DNA of 64,000 nt from positions 1,536,001 to 1,600,000 of the forward strand of contig CBDCWC010000003.1 of the NCBI GenBank assembly GCA_965223295.1, in the 5' to 3' direction. Below the pieces are notes generated by a model. That model ran no database searches, had not been told where the DNA came from, and worked only from the letters and a program-made list of their open reading frames with translations. The DNA comes from Nitrospirales bacterium (GTDB lineage Bacteria > Nitrospirota > Nitrospiria > Nitrospirales > UBA8639). This document shows, piece by piece, positions 28,524-37,957 of this stretch. The translations under genes were made by a program, and so were the position numbers. The first letter of the stretch is position 1. Each line of letters starts with the position of its first letter.

Positions 28524-29864
28524 CTATGAGGTGCTGCATGATTCAAGGACAGGTGTTTGTGAAGGAAAATAGCTAATCATGCGCCGGGGGTTGAGACATT
28601 CTCGGATGTGGGGGGCTAGGTCACCTGGACGAATCGCATCTACAATCGTTAACGATTGGTCTTCTTCTGCTAAGTTGAGAACAATGGGTTCGTCTGTTGA
28701 GGAATGCTCATCATAGACGAGTACAATAGGACGGAGCCGATTGTCGAGATTCACGCTTGTGACAATCCCGATTTTTTGATTGCTCAAGTTCACCAAGGAA
28801 CCGGGTGGATACACCCCTAATTGTTTGATCAAAGAGACGATGGCTTCTTGCCAGAGACTTTGGCGACACTTTACGTATAAATATGAGAGGGCTTCCGAAG
28901 GAATGAGGGAACGCGTGGGGTCTGGGTGATGGCAGAGTTCGTCATAGAGATCGACAACCATCACAATTTTGGCAAAGGGGCTAATTTGTGACTCTTTTTT
29001 CCCTGAAGGCTGGCCTGTTCCATTTAAGCGTTCATGGTGTTGTTGAATGATATCAATAGCTTCATAGGGAAAATTCGGGGTTTTCTCTAAAATTTCTATG
29101 CCATATTTCACATGTGTGGCTAAAAACTTTATGTGTTCACCTGGCCCCATGGTTCCTTTTCGCAATAGAGTTTCAATTGGGTATTTGAGCTCTCCCACGT
29201 CATGAAAAAATGCGCCTAGGGCCAACTTCTGGTTTTCATCCCGACTGAAGCCAAGATCCAGGCCCACCATAAGAGACAGCGATGAAACATTCGAAGCATG
29301 AAGAAAAAATTCATCATTGGGTTCATTGGAGCCCATCAGATTGAGCAACGCTCTTGAATTTTCCGGTCCGTCTAATAAATCGAAAAGATTGTCGACGATC
29401 TGTTTGGCGGTTCGGAGCCCACGAGGGCGTCCTGCCACGACGTCTTGAACGGCCTGATTTGAATTTTGTAAAACCTCTTGGAACTGGTTTTCAACTTTCT
29501 GTAGGTGGTCTTGATAGACTTGAAACGCTTCATGTTGGGCCACTTTCCGCTGTAATGGGTCGTCAGTCAGCTCCTCTGCTTTTGGAGGAGATGAAGTGTC
29601 GACTTCCGCCTCAAGAGCGAAGTTTTCATTCGTGATGGTCTCAGATGATTCGAGAGTCGGTGAGTCTGGGGAATCTGGCTCTGGGTCTGAGCGTGGGATA
29701 TCAACAAACAATTTGACCTTTTTTAATCCCTTGAGTGTTTCAAGGTCTTTTTCCGTCTTGATCTTGAAAGAGTTTGTCGAAAAGGGATGACTGAACCAGG
29801 ATCCTTCAATCTTGATAAATAATCCTAGGCGTAGGGCAGAGGGGTTTAATGGAATAAATGCCAT
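28524..29864 (-). CDS. DUF3391-like/HD-GYP domain protein (GYP changed to GQP)
   Basis: LRLGLFI...WFSHPF N-terminus, FFHDVG, HHERLNGTGQP, GVYPPGS. Start placed at ATG 29864. Confidence 0.9.
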   Translation of the reverse strand: MAFIPLNPSALRLGLFIKIEGSWFSHPFSTNSFKIKTEKDLETLKGLKKVKLFVDIPRSDPEPDSPDSPTLESSETITNENFALEAEVDTSSPPKAEELTDDPLQRKVAQHEAFQVYQDHLQKVENQFQEVLQNSNQAVQDVVAGRPRGLRTAKQIVDNLFDLLDGPENSRALLNLMGSNEPNDEFFLHASNVSSLSLMVGLDLGFSRDENQKLALGAFFHDVGELKYPIETLLRKGTMGPGEHIKFLATHVKYGIEILEKTPNFPYEAIDIIQQHHERLNGTGQPSGKKESQISPFAKIVMVVDLYDELCHHPDPTRSLIPSEALSYLYVKCRQSLWQEAIVSLIKQLGVYPPGSLVNLSNQKIGIVTSVNLDNRLRPIVLVYDEHSSTDEPIVLNLAEEDQSLTIVDAIRPGDLAPHIRECLNPRRMISYFPSQTPVLESCSTS

Positions 29865-29949
29865 CGTGATTAACTCAAACAATCTAAAAAACAATCAATA
29901 GGGATCAACTGCAAGGGAGCAGGTGCTCATAGACCTATACCCTGTAGTC

Positions 29950-29977
29950 TTTTCGGAGAACAACATGAGAAAATTAA
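29950..29977 (-). promoter_or_regulatory. Sigma28-like promoter
   Basis: TTAA-N16-TCCGAAAA upstream of the HD-GYP gene. Confidence 0.55.
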
Positions 29978-30111
29978 GAGAAACAAAAAATTTTCTCTCA
30001 ACTAGAGAGAAATTGGTTAGGACACGCTCATACTATTTGGTGGGTGTCCTTATTCCTCAGTGAGCCGGCATGTTGACTTGCTGCGATGCAGCAGCGACAT
30101 AGTCATTACTA

Positions 30112-30302
30112 GGGCCTATTGTAAAAAGCCACCAGCGGCGTTCTCGCCATTGTTCCGTGCTCACGTAGGACCAGTGCGCTCCGCGCGCAAAAATGGCTGT
30201 GGCCTTGCTGGACGGGCTTTTTTGAACAGACCCGAGGCTGCTGACATGGTCCGTTGCAGAGACGAAATTTGGCCGTTGATATCATCATTATTCAACCGTT
30301 CC
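30112..30302 (+). mobile_element. MITE-like repeat copy B
   Basis: About 190 bp, homologous to the other copies, flanked by TA on both sides (30110-30111, 30303-30304). Confidence 0.85.
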
Positions 30303-30519
30303 TACTAGGAAATATTTTCTTAAGTTGGAAAACTCAAGGCCTGATTGTAAGGAGTCCTGAAAGGGGTGGTCAGCCAAGTTAGGATGTTTCATCCTACAAA
30401 TTTTTGGAGGTGAGCAGAATTCAAGTACCAAAGAAAGATAGGTAGATTACTCGGACCTCATATCACCTGAGGTGCGCCGAACTGCCTGGTTTATGCAACT
30501 GCGATATGATTCTCATGAG

Positions 30520-31869
30520 CTATTGTGCACCGCACGATTCAAGAACAGGTACCTGCGAAGGGAAATAACTAATAATCCGTCGAGGGTTTAAGCATTCTCG
30601 GATATGTGGGGCTAGGTCGCCTGGACGGATTGCATTCACAATTGTTAAAGAGTGGTCTTCGTCTGCGAGGTTGAGAACAATGGGTTCTTCTGTCGAGACG
30701 TGTTCATCATAGACCAGCACAATGGGCCGGAGCCGACTGTCGAAATTCACGCTAGTGACAATCCCGGTCTTTTGATTGCTGAGTTGAACCAGAGAGCCAG
30801 GCGGGTAGACGCCTAACTGTTTAATCAACGAGACGATGGCCTCTTGCCAAAGACTTTGGCGACACTTCACGTATAAATATGAGAGGGCTTCTGAGGGAAT
30901 GAGTGAACGAGCCGGATCTTGGTGGTGGCAAAGTTCGTCATAGAAGTCGGCAACCATCACAATTTTGGAAAAGGTACTAATGTTGGCCCCTTTATTTCCT
31001 AAGGGGAGGCCAGAGCCATTGAGCCGTTCATGGTGTTGATGGATCACTTCAACGGCTTCCCTAGGAAATTTCGGAATTCTCTCGACCATTTCGACGCCGT
31101 ATTGCGGGTGGGTACTCACAAATGTTTTACGCTCACCTTGCCCCATCATATCTTTTCGCATAAGAGTTTCAACCGGATATTTGAGCTCTCCCACGTCATG
31201 AAAAAACGCGCCTAGTGCCAATTTCTCATTGTCTTCCCGACTCAAACCAAGGTCGATCCCGACCATCAGAGACAAAGAACAAACATTTGTAGCGTGCAGG
31301 AAGAATTCCTCGCTGGATTCATTAGAGCCCATCAGGTTGAGCAACGCTCTAGCGTTATTTGCCCCATCTAAGAGGTTAAACAGGTCGTCGATGATTTTCT
31401 TCGCAGTTCGAAGCCCACGAGGACGTCCCGCCACGACGTCTTGCACGGTCTGTTTCGATTCCTGTAAGACTTCTTGAAATTGCTCTTGAACGTGCTGAAG
31501 ATGGTTCTGGTAAGCGTGAAAGGCCTCACGCTGTTCGGCTTTGCGTTGGATAGCTTCGTCAACAGGTTCTGCTGTTTTGGAAGAGGGGGGCGGGTTGACC
31601 TCCTGTTCAGTTGCGGATTTGGTGTCTTCCAAGATTTGTGAGGAGTCTACGGACGAATCGTGCTGGTCTGGTTGAATAATGGGTTCAGGGTCGGATCGTG
31701 TGAAATCAACTGACAGCGGGAGGTTGGCTAACCCTTTGAGTTTGGCCAGGTCTTTCGCCGTTTTGATTTTAAAAGAATTGGTGGAAAAAGGATGACTGAA
31801 CCAGGACCCTTCAATGCGAATATACAATCCCACCCGAAGAGCACTGCGTTCTAAAGGAACGAAGGACAT
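30520..31869 (-). CDS. DUF3391-like/HD-GYP domain protein (GYP changed to GLP), paralog of 28524..29864
   Basis: FFHDVG, HHERLNGSGLP; long identical stretches shared with the neighbouring paralog. Confidence 0.9.
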   Translation of the reverse strand: MSFVPLERSALRVGLYIRIEGSWFSHPFSTNSFKIKTAKDLAKLKGLANLPLSVDFTRSDPEPIIQPDQHDSSVDSSQILEDTKSATEQEVNPPPSSKTAEPVDEAIQRKAEQREAFHAYQNHLQHVQEQFQEVLQESKQTVQDVVAGRPRGLRTAKKIIDDLFNLLDGANNARALLNLMGSNESSEEFFLHATNVCSLSLMVGIDLGLSREDNEKLALGAFFHDVGELKYPVETLMRKDMMGQGERKTFVSTHPQYGVEMVERIPKFPREAVEVIHQHHERLNGSGLPLGNKGANISTFSKIVMVADFYDELCHHQDPARSLIPSEALSYLYVKCRQSLWQEAIVSLIKQLGVYPPGSLVQLSNQKTGIVTSVNFDSRLRPIVLVYDEHVSTEEPIVLNLADEDHSLTIVNAIRPGDLAPHIRECLNPRRIISYFPSQVPVLESCGAQ

Positions 31870-31900
31870 GATAGTCGATAAAGCTCAGGGGAAGTGGTGT

Positions 31901-32257
31901 TTAGGTTTCCACTGGAACCGAAGCATGAGGTGCTTGAGAGGCCTGAGCCACAGAATCATAGAGCGGAAATAATTTGTCCATATTGGTTAACAGAAGAACA
32001 TCCCGTGTGGAGCCTTGGATAGTCACCATGACGATTTGAACTCCCTGGGGCGTCAAATTCTTATGAGCCAAGGTCATCAGGCCTAATCCAGCACTATCGA
32101 CGTGGGAAACACAACTTAAATCCAAAATAATTCTGCGCGGTGACGTCTCTGCAGCTTGGGTGATGGCTTTTGGGAACTCATGGCGGGATTGAAAGTCAAA
32201 CTTCCCTGAAAGCTCTAAGACCCATGTCTGTGCATCTACCTGTGTGGCGTTGATCAT
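31901..32257 (-). CDS. STAS-domain anti-sigma-factor antagonist
   Basis: LSGKFD and ILDLSCVSHVDSAGLG (phospho-Ser motif); GGAG SD. Confidence 0.92.
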   Translation of the reverse strand: MINATQVDAQTWVLELSGKFDFQSRHEFPKAITQAAETSPRRIILDLSCVSHVDSAGLGLMTLAHKNLTPQGVQIVMVTIQGSTRDVLLLTNMDKLFPLYDSVAQASQAPHASVPVET

Positions 32258-32520
32258 TATTCGTTCATCTCCAAATCCCAGCGCTCAGCCATTTGAGCTT
32301 TGGTACTGTTTATGGTGAGCAATAACATTCTGAAACGTAATAGGGTGTACCCAGTTACGTACATTCTTGCTCTACAACACCAATTCGCTTGGGTGCTTCA
32401 ACTTGCCGTCCCTTAAGAGGCTGGCTCGCTGGGCAAAGGGGTCCTTTTAGAGGACTCGAGGCTAACCGTCAGGTTCGAGAGAGGGTGCTCTTCTAGTCAG
32501 CTTCTTTTCACTTAGGAGAA

Positions 32521-32548
32521 TTATCGGCTGGAGGCTAGGGATTCTTGA
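32521..32548 (-). promoter_or_regulatory. Sigma28-like promoter
   Basis: TCAA-N16-GCCGATAA, with a perfect -10 box. Confidence 0.7.
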
Positions 32549-33299
32549 GCGTTTCTGTCGTTTCGCGTAGCACTTGTTCTAAATGTTTACGGAGGCCTGC
32601 TAAGTCTTTTGATCGGAACGCACTCTTGGTTTTTTGGAGAATGTGAATCGTATGATATACCGATTCTCGAAGTCGGAAATAATCGGTCATCGATGGAGTA
32701 GAATCTTCATGAAGGGATGACAGGCCAGCGTGTTTCTGGGTGTCTAAGGTTCCTGGATGACTGGCTCTGTGCAGTTCCAGTTCTCGAATGTGAGGATCGG
32801 CAAGCTTGGACTTGCTGGAATCAGCATTGAGCGTCACAAGAAAGGTTCCAAGAGTTTCTTCCAGATGAGCCAAGTTTTGTCTTCGTTGCTCTGCTTCCCG
32901 CCGAAACTGGCTCAGGGAGTTGAGCACATTGCGATAGTGTAGGCCACGCTTCACGGCATCAAGCAATTCTGGAAAATGGATGGGTTTGATCATATATTCA
33001 AGGACATTTAGGTGCACCGATTCCACGGCGGTGGGCACGGATGGATAGCCTGTGATCACGATAACGGGCATGATCTTGGCTTGTTCTCTTAAGTCCTGGA
33101 CTTTCTTCATGACGTGGTTGCCGGGCATATTCAGGTCGGTGATCAGAAGATCAAACTCTGAACCCGTCAAGGCTTGTGAAAGTTCATGGGAATCATGGAC
33201 GCCATGACAGTCGTAGCCTTCTTCTTCTAAGAGTTCTTTCGTGGCTTCTAAGAACGTGTCTTCATCGTCTGCGATCAAAATCGATCCTTGTGCCGTCAT
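32535..33299 (-). CDS. Response regulator (REC plus unrecognised helical output)
   Basis: ILIADDE, ITDLNMPG, ITGYPS, YMIKP. Confidence 0.9.
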   Translation of the reverse strand: MTAQGSILIADDEDTFLEATKELLEEEGYDCHGVHDSHELSQALTGSEFDLLITDLNMPGNHVMKKVQDLREQAKIMPVIVITGYPSVPTAVESVHLNVLEYMIKPIHFPELLDAVKRGLHYRNVLNSLSQFRREAEQRRQNLAHLEETLGTFLVTLNADSSKSKLADPHIRELELHRASHPGTLDTQKHAGLSSLHEDSTPSMTDYFRLRESVYHTIHILQKTKSAFRSKDLAGLRKHLEQVLRETTETLKNP

Positions 33300-36200
33300 G
33301 TCGGTTGTCCTCCATTTTGCCTTGCGCAGGGTAGGGTGATGGTGAACTGTGACCCTTGTCCAATTCCGGTGGAAAAGTCCAGTGTTCCCCCCATGGCTTC
33401 GATCAGGCTATGGCTAATGGACAAACCTAAGCCCATACCGCCATCTGTTTTCCCCTGCTTGGTCGAAAAGAACGGTTCAAAGATACGTGATGCGACGTCA
33501 GGTGAAATGCCATGCCCATGATCAATGACATGGATTTTGACCCTATCACATTCTGTGTTGGCGGTCACCTCAACCGTATCATAGGGTTGTGATGTGTCGA
33601 TGGCATTTTGGATCAAGTTGCAGAGTACCTGAATCATTTCATTTCTGGGAACTACGGACAACAGAGAAACCGGAAGTTCGGCGACCGCAAGCTCTACTCG
33701 GTGCTGTGAGGAGGGGCCCTGCATGATTTCCACGGCATCGTGAATTGGTATTCGAACATCGAGTTGCGACGGTGTCGGACTACTTGGACGGTACAGTTGA
33801 TAGAGGTGCGAGGTAATCTGTGAAATGCGTTCGATGCAATCTTCCGCTTTGGCCATATATCGAAAATGCGGGTGTTGTTGAGGAAGCGCTCGCTTGAGGA
33901 GAACCAACGATTGCGAAATGCTAGCGAGTGGATTATTGATTTCATGTGCCACTCCAGCAGCTATTTGTGCCAATGCCGCTAATTTTTCAACCTGCATGCG
34001 ACGCTGCTCCAATTCTTGAATCCGTAAGGCTCGCCGTTCGACTTTCGCTTCTAATTCTTCGTGCTGTTGGTGAAGGGCGGCTTCCAGGGCTTTTCGCTCT
34101 GTTATGTCCTGCACCACAACGATACAATGTAACGGATCGTTTCCAGCTTGAGTCATCAATGATACGGTGGCGTTAACACAAACTAGTGTTCCATCGGCCC
34201 GTATGTAGCGTTTCTCACGTGAGAAAGTTGACATGTCTCCAGTAATCAGTTTCCTCATATTGTCGAGATCGGTCTCAAGGTCGTCGGGATGGGTGATCTT
34301 CCGGAAAGTCGTTCCTTGCATGTCTTCTTTGGAATACCCGACGATATCGCTATAGCGTTGATTGACCTTGATGAACTGTCCAGTTGTTGAGTCTACCTGC
34401 GCTATACCCACGGCTGCCATTTCAAAGATTGTCCGAAATCTCTCTTCACTCTGCTGCAGGGCCTCCTCCGCCTGTTTGATATTAGAAATATCAATAACGT
34501 TGGCGACCCGATAAAGCACCTCGTCCTGAGGATCTTTAATCGAGAAAACTGTGAGTAAAGCAGGAAACGTGCTGCCATCTTTTCGGATATGAAGCGCTTC
34601 AAATGAGTGAAAGCCTTGTTCATGAATGATACGAATATTCTGGGAGAGTTGCTCTCGAGATTCTGGTGCAAAAACCTGGGCAATCGGCTTCCCTTGCAAT
34701 TCCTCCACGGTATATCCGTGCATGCGCGCGTATGCTTCATTCACCATATCCAATGTTTGACTATGCACGTTTCCCACAGCCACTCCCCATTGGGTATGCT
34801 GAAAGACTGTTGCCCATCTCTCTAGTTGTGCTTGAGCCTTGTTCCATTCAGTGACATCTCGCCCGACACAAATAATTCCATAAGGTTCTTCGTTCTCATT
34901 GAACAAACAATCAATGTTCCATGAGATGAATCGCATCTCCTTATCCTTGTTGATAACCTCATATTGAAAGTCGCGAATGGGTTCTCCTTCTAAGACGTTT
35001 TTGATCATAGCCATAATGGACAATCGATTGGATTCTTGGATGAATAATTCGAAATAATTTGTATCCAAAACCTCTTCTCGTGTTCTTCCGTAGAACCGCT
35101 CGGCTTCCCGATTCCATTCCACAATCCAACCTTCCGGCGTCAGCCCAACGATGAGACTGCCAGCTGCCTCAACTAAGGATCGAAAGCGGTATTCACTGGC
35201 TTGTAGTTCGTGTTCGATTTTTTTTCGAGCTGAGATGTCTTGGACCATTTCGCGGCGCTCTATAATGTGTCCAGATTCATCAAAAATGAGGACAACATTC
35301 AGGCTGATCCAAATAACGACTCCGTCTTTTCTGATCATCTCTAACTCTTCATCATGGATTGAGAGACCTGCTTGAGCTTTCTTTTGAAGGGTTGCGGCTT
35401 TTGCATAGCCCTCTTTTGTGGGTGCATATAATTCCAACACTGGTTTCCCGACGAGTTCTTCCCGGGAATATCCGAGCAGTTCACATGCCCGGTGATTGAC
35501 TCTGGTGATATGCCCATCCAATGAAGCAGAAAAGTAGGCTAATGGGGCCGACTCATAGAGATCGCGGAATTCATCTTCACTGCGTTGTAGAGCCGTTTCG
35601 GCATTTTTTCGATCAGTTAAATCCTGAGAAAATACCACAATTTCTTGGATGGGCTCATTGTGTGTTCGTAGGGGGAGATAGGAGACGTTCATATACCGAC
35701 GTCGATCATCTGGAAACGTAATCCATGATTCGTAGTGGACCTCCTCACCTTGAAAACAACGGTCTAATCGAGGTTTCAGTAGTTGAGTAAAAATCTCTTC
35801 TCCGAATAAGTCTGCCACTGACTTGCCCACAATTTCCTGGCTACTTTTCTTATGGGCGGCTTGGTACGCCAAATTAATCCGATGGTATCGATAATCTTGA
35901 CCGAGTATGGAAATGTGGTTCGGGGATTCCATGAAGACTCGATCAGTTAAGAGAAGGTCTTCTTGTGTGCATTTGAAGGCGGATATATCCTGAGAAATGC
36001 CGACAGGGTTAATGATAATGCCCTCTGGCTGTTCCAGTTGATGCAGGCCCAACAAGGTCGTGATCCAGATGGCGAATAACGCCAATGCCCGGTTGATCAC
36101 GATGCTCAAGAGCTCTCCTCCTGCCGGAGAGAAAACGCTTCCCAAAATCGTTAGTGTGGAACATCCTATTGTGGTCCAAATGAGTATTTGAGTCTGCTGG

Positions 36201-36409
36201 TGTCGAAGGCTGAGGAGGATAACCAGGATATAAGAGACTCCGTAAGCAACATCCCATGGAGACATCAGGTCGAGGATAAAGATGATGCTTGCTGTTAACA
36301 CGAGGAGCCAAATATTCGATGGACACGAATCGTGGTGTAATATTTTTTGGAGAGGATTCAAGGTGTATCCCCATTTAGTTGAGATGTGGAAGTTTTTCTC
36401 ATTCTTCAT
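33296..36409 (-). CDS. Membrane-anchored multi-PAS sensor histidine kinase
   Basis: N-terminal TM segments, five PAS/PAC repeats, AHEINNPL, NLIQNAID, GMGLGL. Confidence 0.93.
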   Translation of the reverse strand: MKNEKNFHISTKWGYTLNPLQKILHHDSCPSNIWLLVLTASIIFILDLMSPWDVAYGVSYILVILLSLRHQQTQILIWTTIGCSTLTILGSVFSPAGGELLSIVINRALALFAIWITTLLGLHQLEQPEGIIINPVGISQDISAFKCTQEDLLLTDRVFMESPNHISILGQDYRYHRINLAYQAAHKKSSQEIVGKSVADLFGEEIFTQLLKPRLDRCFQGEEVHYESWITFPDDRRRYMNVSYLPLRTHNEPIQEIVVFSQDLTDRKNAETALQRSEDEFRDLYESAPLAYFSASLDGHITRVNHRACELLGYSREELVGKPVLELYAPTKEGYAKAATLQKKAQAGLSIHDEELEMIRKDGVVIWISLNVVLIFDESGHIIERREMVQDISARKKIEHELQASEYRFRSLVEAAGSLIVGLTPEGWIVEWNREAERFYGRTREEVLDTNYFELFIQESNRLSIMAMIKNVLEGEPIRDFQYEVINKDKEMRFISWNIDCLFNENEEPYGIICVGRDVTEWNKAQAQLERWATVFQHTQWGVAVGNVHSQTLDMVNEAYARMHGYTVEELQGKPIAQVFAPESREQLSQNIRIIHEQGFHSFEALHIRKDGSTFPALLTVFSIKDPQDEVLYRVANVIDISNIKQAEEALQQSEERFRTIFEMAAVGIAQVDSTTGQFIKVNQRYSDIVGYSKEDMQGTTFRKITHPDDLETDLDNMRKLITGDMSTFSREKRYIRADGTLVCVNATVSLMTQAGNDPLHCIVVVQDITERKALEAALHQQHEELEAKVERRALRIQELEQRRMQVEKLAALAQIAAGVAHEINNPLASISQSLVLLKRALPQQHPHFRYMAKAEDCIERISQITSHLYQLYRPSSPTPSQLDVRIPIHDAVEIMQGPSSQHRVELAVAELPVSLLSVVPRNEMIQVLCNLIQNAIDTSQPYDTVEVTANTECDRVKIHVIDHGHGISPDVASRIFEPFFSTKQGKTDGGMGLGLSISHSLIEAMGGTLDFSTGIGQGSQFTITLPCARQNGGQPT

Positions 36410-36533
36410 GAGAAAGACAAAGAGGGGGGAAATATAAAGTGTAGCCGATTATGCAACAACTGACAAAGGGTTCGACTGTAGCTCTGATTGCGAACTCGAT
36501 TGTAAAGAGCAGTCGGGCTGTGTGAGAAAGGGG

Positions 36534-37643
36534 TTAAGCCAAGTAGCTGGATTCGACCAGATTGAACTGCGGAGAGTCAATATCGGCGTGTGTGCGCTGA
36601 ATATCCATGATCACGGGTAGGAATTCATCAAACATCTCAACGAGTCGTGGATCAAAATGTCTTCCCGAAAGCGACCGAATTTCTTCAAGCGTTTTTTCCA
36701 ATGGCCAAGGGTCTTTGTAACACCGCTTTGAAGAGAGTGCATCGAAGACATCGGCTATGGCGCAAATTCGTCCGACAAGCGGGATATCTTCTCCGGCTAA
36801 TCGGTTTGGATATCCAGAGCCATCCCATTTTTCGTGATGCGTCAGAGCGATCATTTCGCCCATTTTGAGAATGGGAGATTTACTGTTGGAAAGAAGTTGT
36901 GCTCCAAGAACCGTATGTTGTTTCATGATTTCCCATTCGTCGGTGTCCAGTTTCCCAGGTTTCAGAAGTATCCGATCAGGAATGCCTAACTTCCCCACGT
37001 CATGCATGGGGGTGGCGTGGAATAAGACGTCGCATTCTTCTTCCGGCATTCCGCAAGCGCGTCCCAGGACGGTGGCGTAATGACTCATGCGGATGATATG
37101 GCTGCCCGTTTCGTTGTCTCGATGTTCGGCTGCTTGAGCTAAGCGATGAACGATTTCCAATTGTGTTTCTTTGAGTTCGAGTGTGCGCTCCCGGACCGTT
37201 TCTTCCAGGTTTTCTTTTTGCAAAGAAATCGTTTTATTCAAAAGGCTGGTTTCCAACAGATTGCGGATGCGCATGATCACTTCGATTTTATCGAATGGTT
37301 TATGTAAAAAGTCCTTTGCGCCAGATTCCAATGCTCGTAATCGTGTTTCCCGATCTTCCTCGGACGTTAAGACCAAAATGGGCAGAAAGGTATCTTGTTG
37401 GATGATTTTTAATTGTGCCATGACCTGAAATCCATTGAGCTGAGGCATGCGGATATCCAGACAGATCAGATCCGGGTGGAGTTCTTTGACTAGGGCAAGA
37501 ACTTGTGTGGGGTCTTGGGTGGAATGAATGTGTGTGTAGCCCGCATTTTGTAAGATGCTCTCCAATAACAAGATATTGGTCATCTGATCGTCCACGATGA
37601 GAATCGTGGCAGTTTGACAATGTTGTTGTGAAATCATAGCCAT
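36534..37643 (-). CDS. REC-HD-GYP cyclic-di-GMP phosphodiesterase (RpfG-like)
   Basis: REC (LDIRMP), ETGSH, HDVGK, intact HHEKWDGSGYP, KRCYK. Confidence 0.94.
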   Translation of the reverse strand: MAMISQQHCQTATILIVDDQMTNILLLESILQNAGYTHIHSTQDPTQVLALVKELHPDLICLDIRMPQLNGFQVMAQLKIIQQDTFLPILVLTSEEDRETRLRALESGAKDFLHKPFDKIEVIMRIRNLLETSLLNKTISLQKENLEETVRERTLELKETQLEIVHRLAQAAEHRDNETGSHIIRMSHYATVLGRACGMPEEECDVLFHATPMHDVGKLGIPDRILLKPGKLDTDEWEIMKQHTVLGAQLLSNSKSPILKMGEMIALTHHEKWDGSGYPNRLAGEDIPLVGRICAIADVFDALSSKRCYKDPWPLEKTLEEIRSLSGRHFDPRLVEMFDEFLPVIMDIQRTHADIDSPQFNLVESSYLA

Positions 37644-37771
37644 GGAGAGGTGTTGATGCTGGATTTATTGATTTGTCGTCTGTTCTTTAGATATTCAATG
37701 AATCCATTGAACCAGTCTATTGCTGAAGAATTCCTTGCTGATGGATATGAATATTTATGTATTCTGTTTCA

Positions 37772-37798
37772 TTTTCGGATGACCTGTCCGAAACTTGA
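37772..37798 (-). promoter_or_regulatory. Sigma28-like promoter
   Basis: TCAAGTTT extended -35 box; TCAA-N15-TCCGAAAA. Confidence 0.6.
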
Positions 37799-37957
37799 CG
37801 GCAGATAGCGAATATTCTTTCTGCACATGATTTACACCAGTTGGTTAAATGCACATACGGTCGGTTACGCGATGTTCTTTGGAGGCGATAGGATTGTGAG
37901 GGGTAACGGCACGGAGAAAAAAAAGGAAGCTACCTGACCCCAAACAGTTCAGGACGG

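Noticed and set aside
32430-32480. c-di-GMP-I (GEMM) riboswitch look-alike GGGCAAA-stem-GAGGCTAACC on the + strand
   Set aside because: No GNRA loop, no convincing P2, and it is antisense to the flanking genes.
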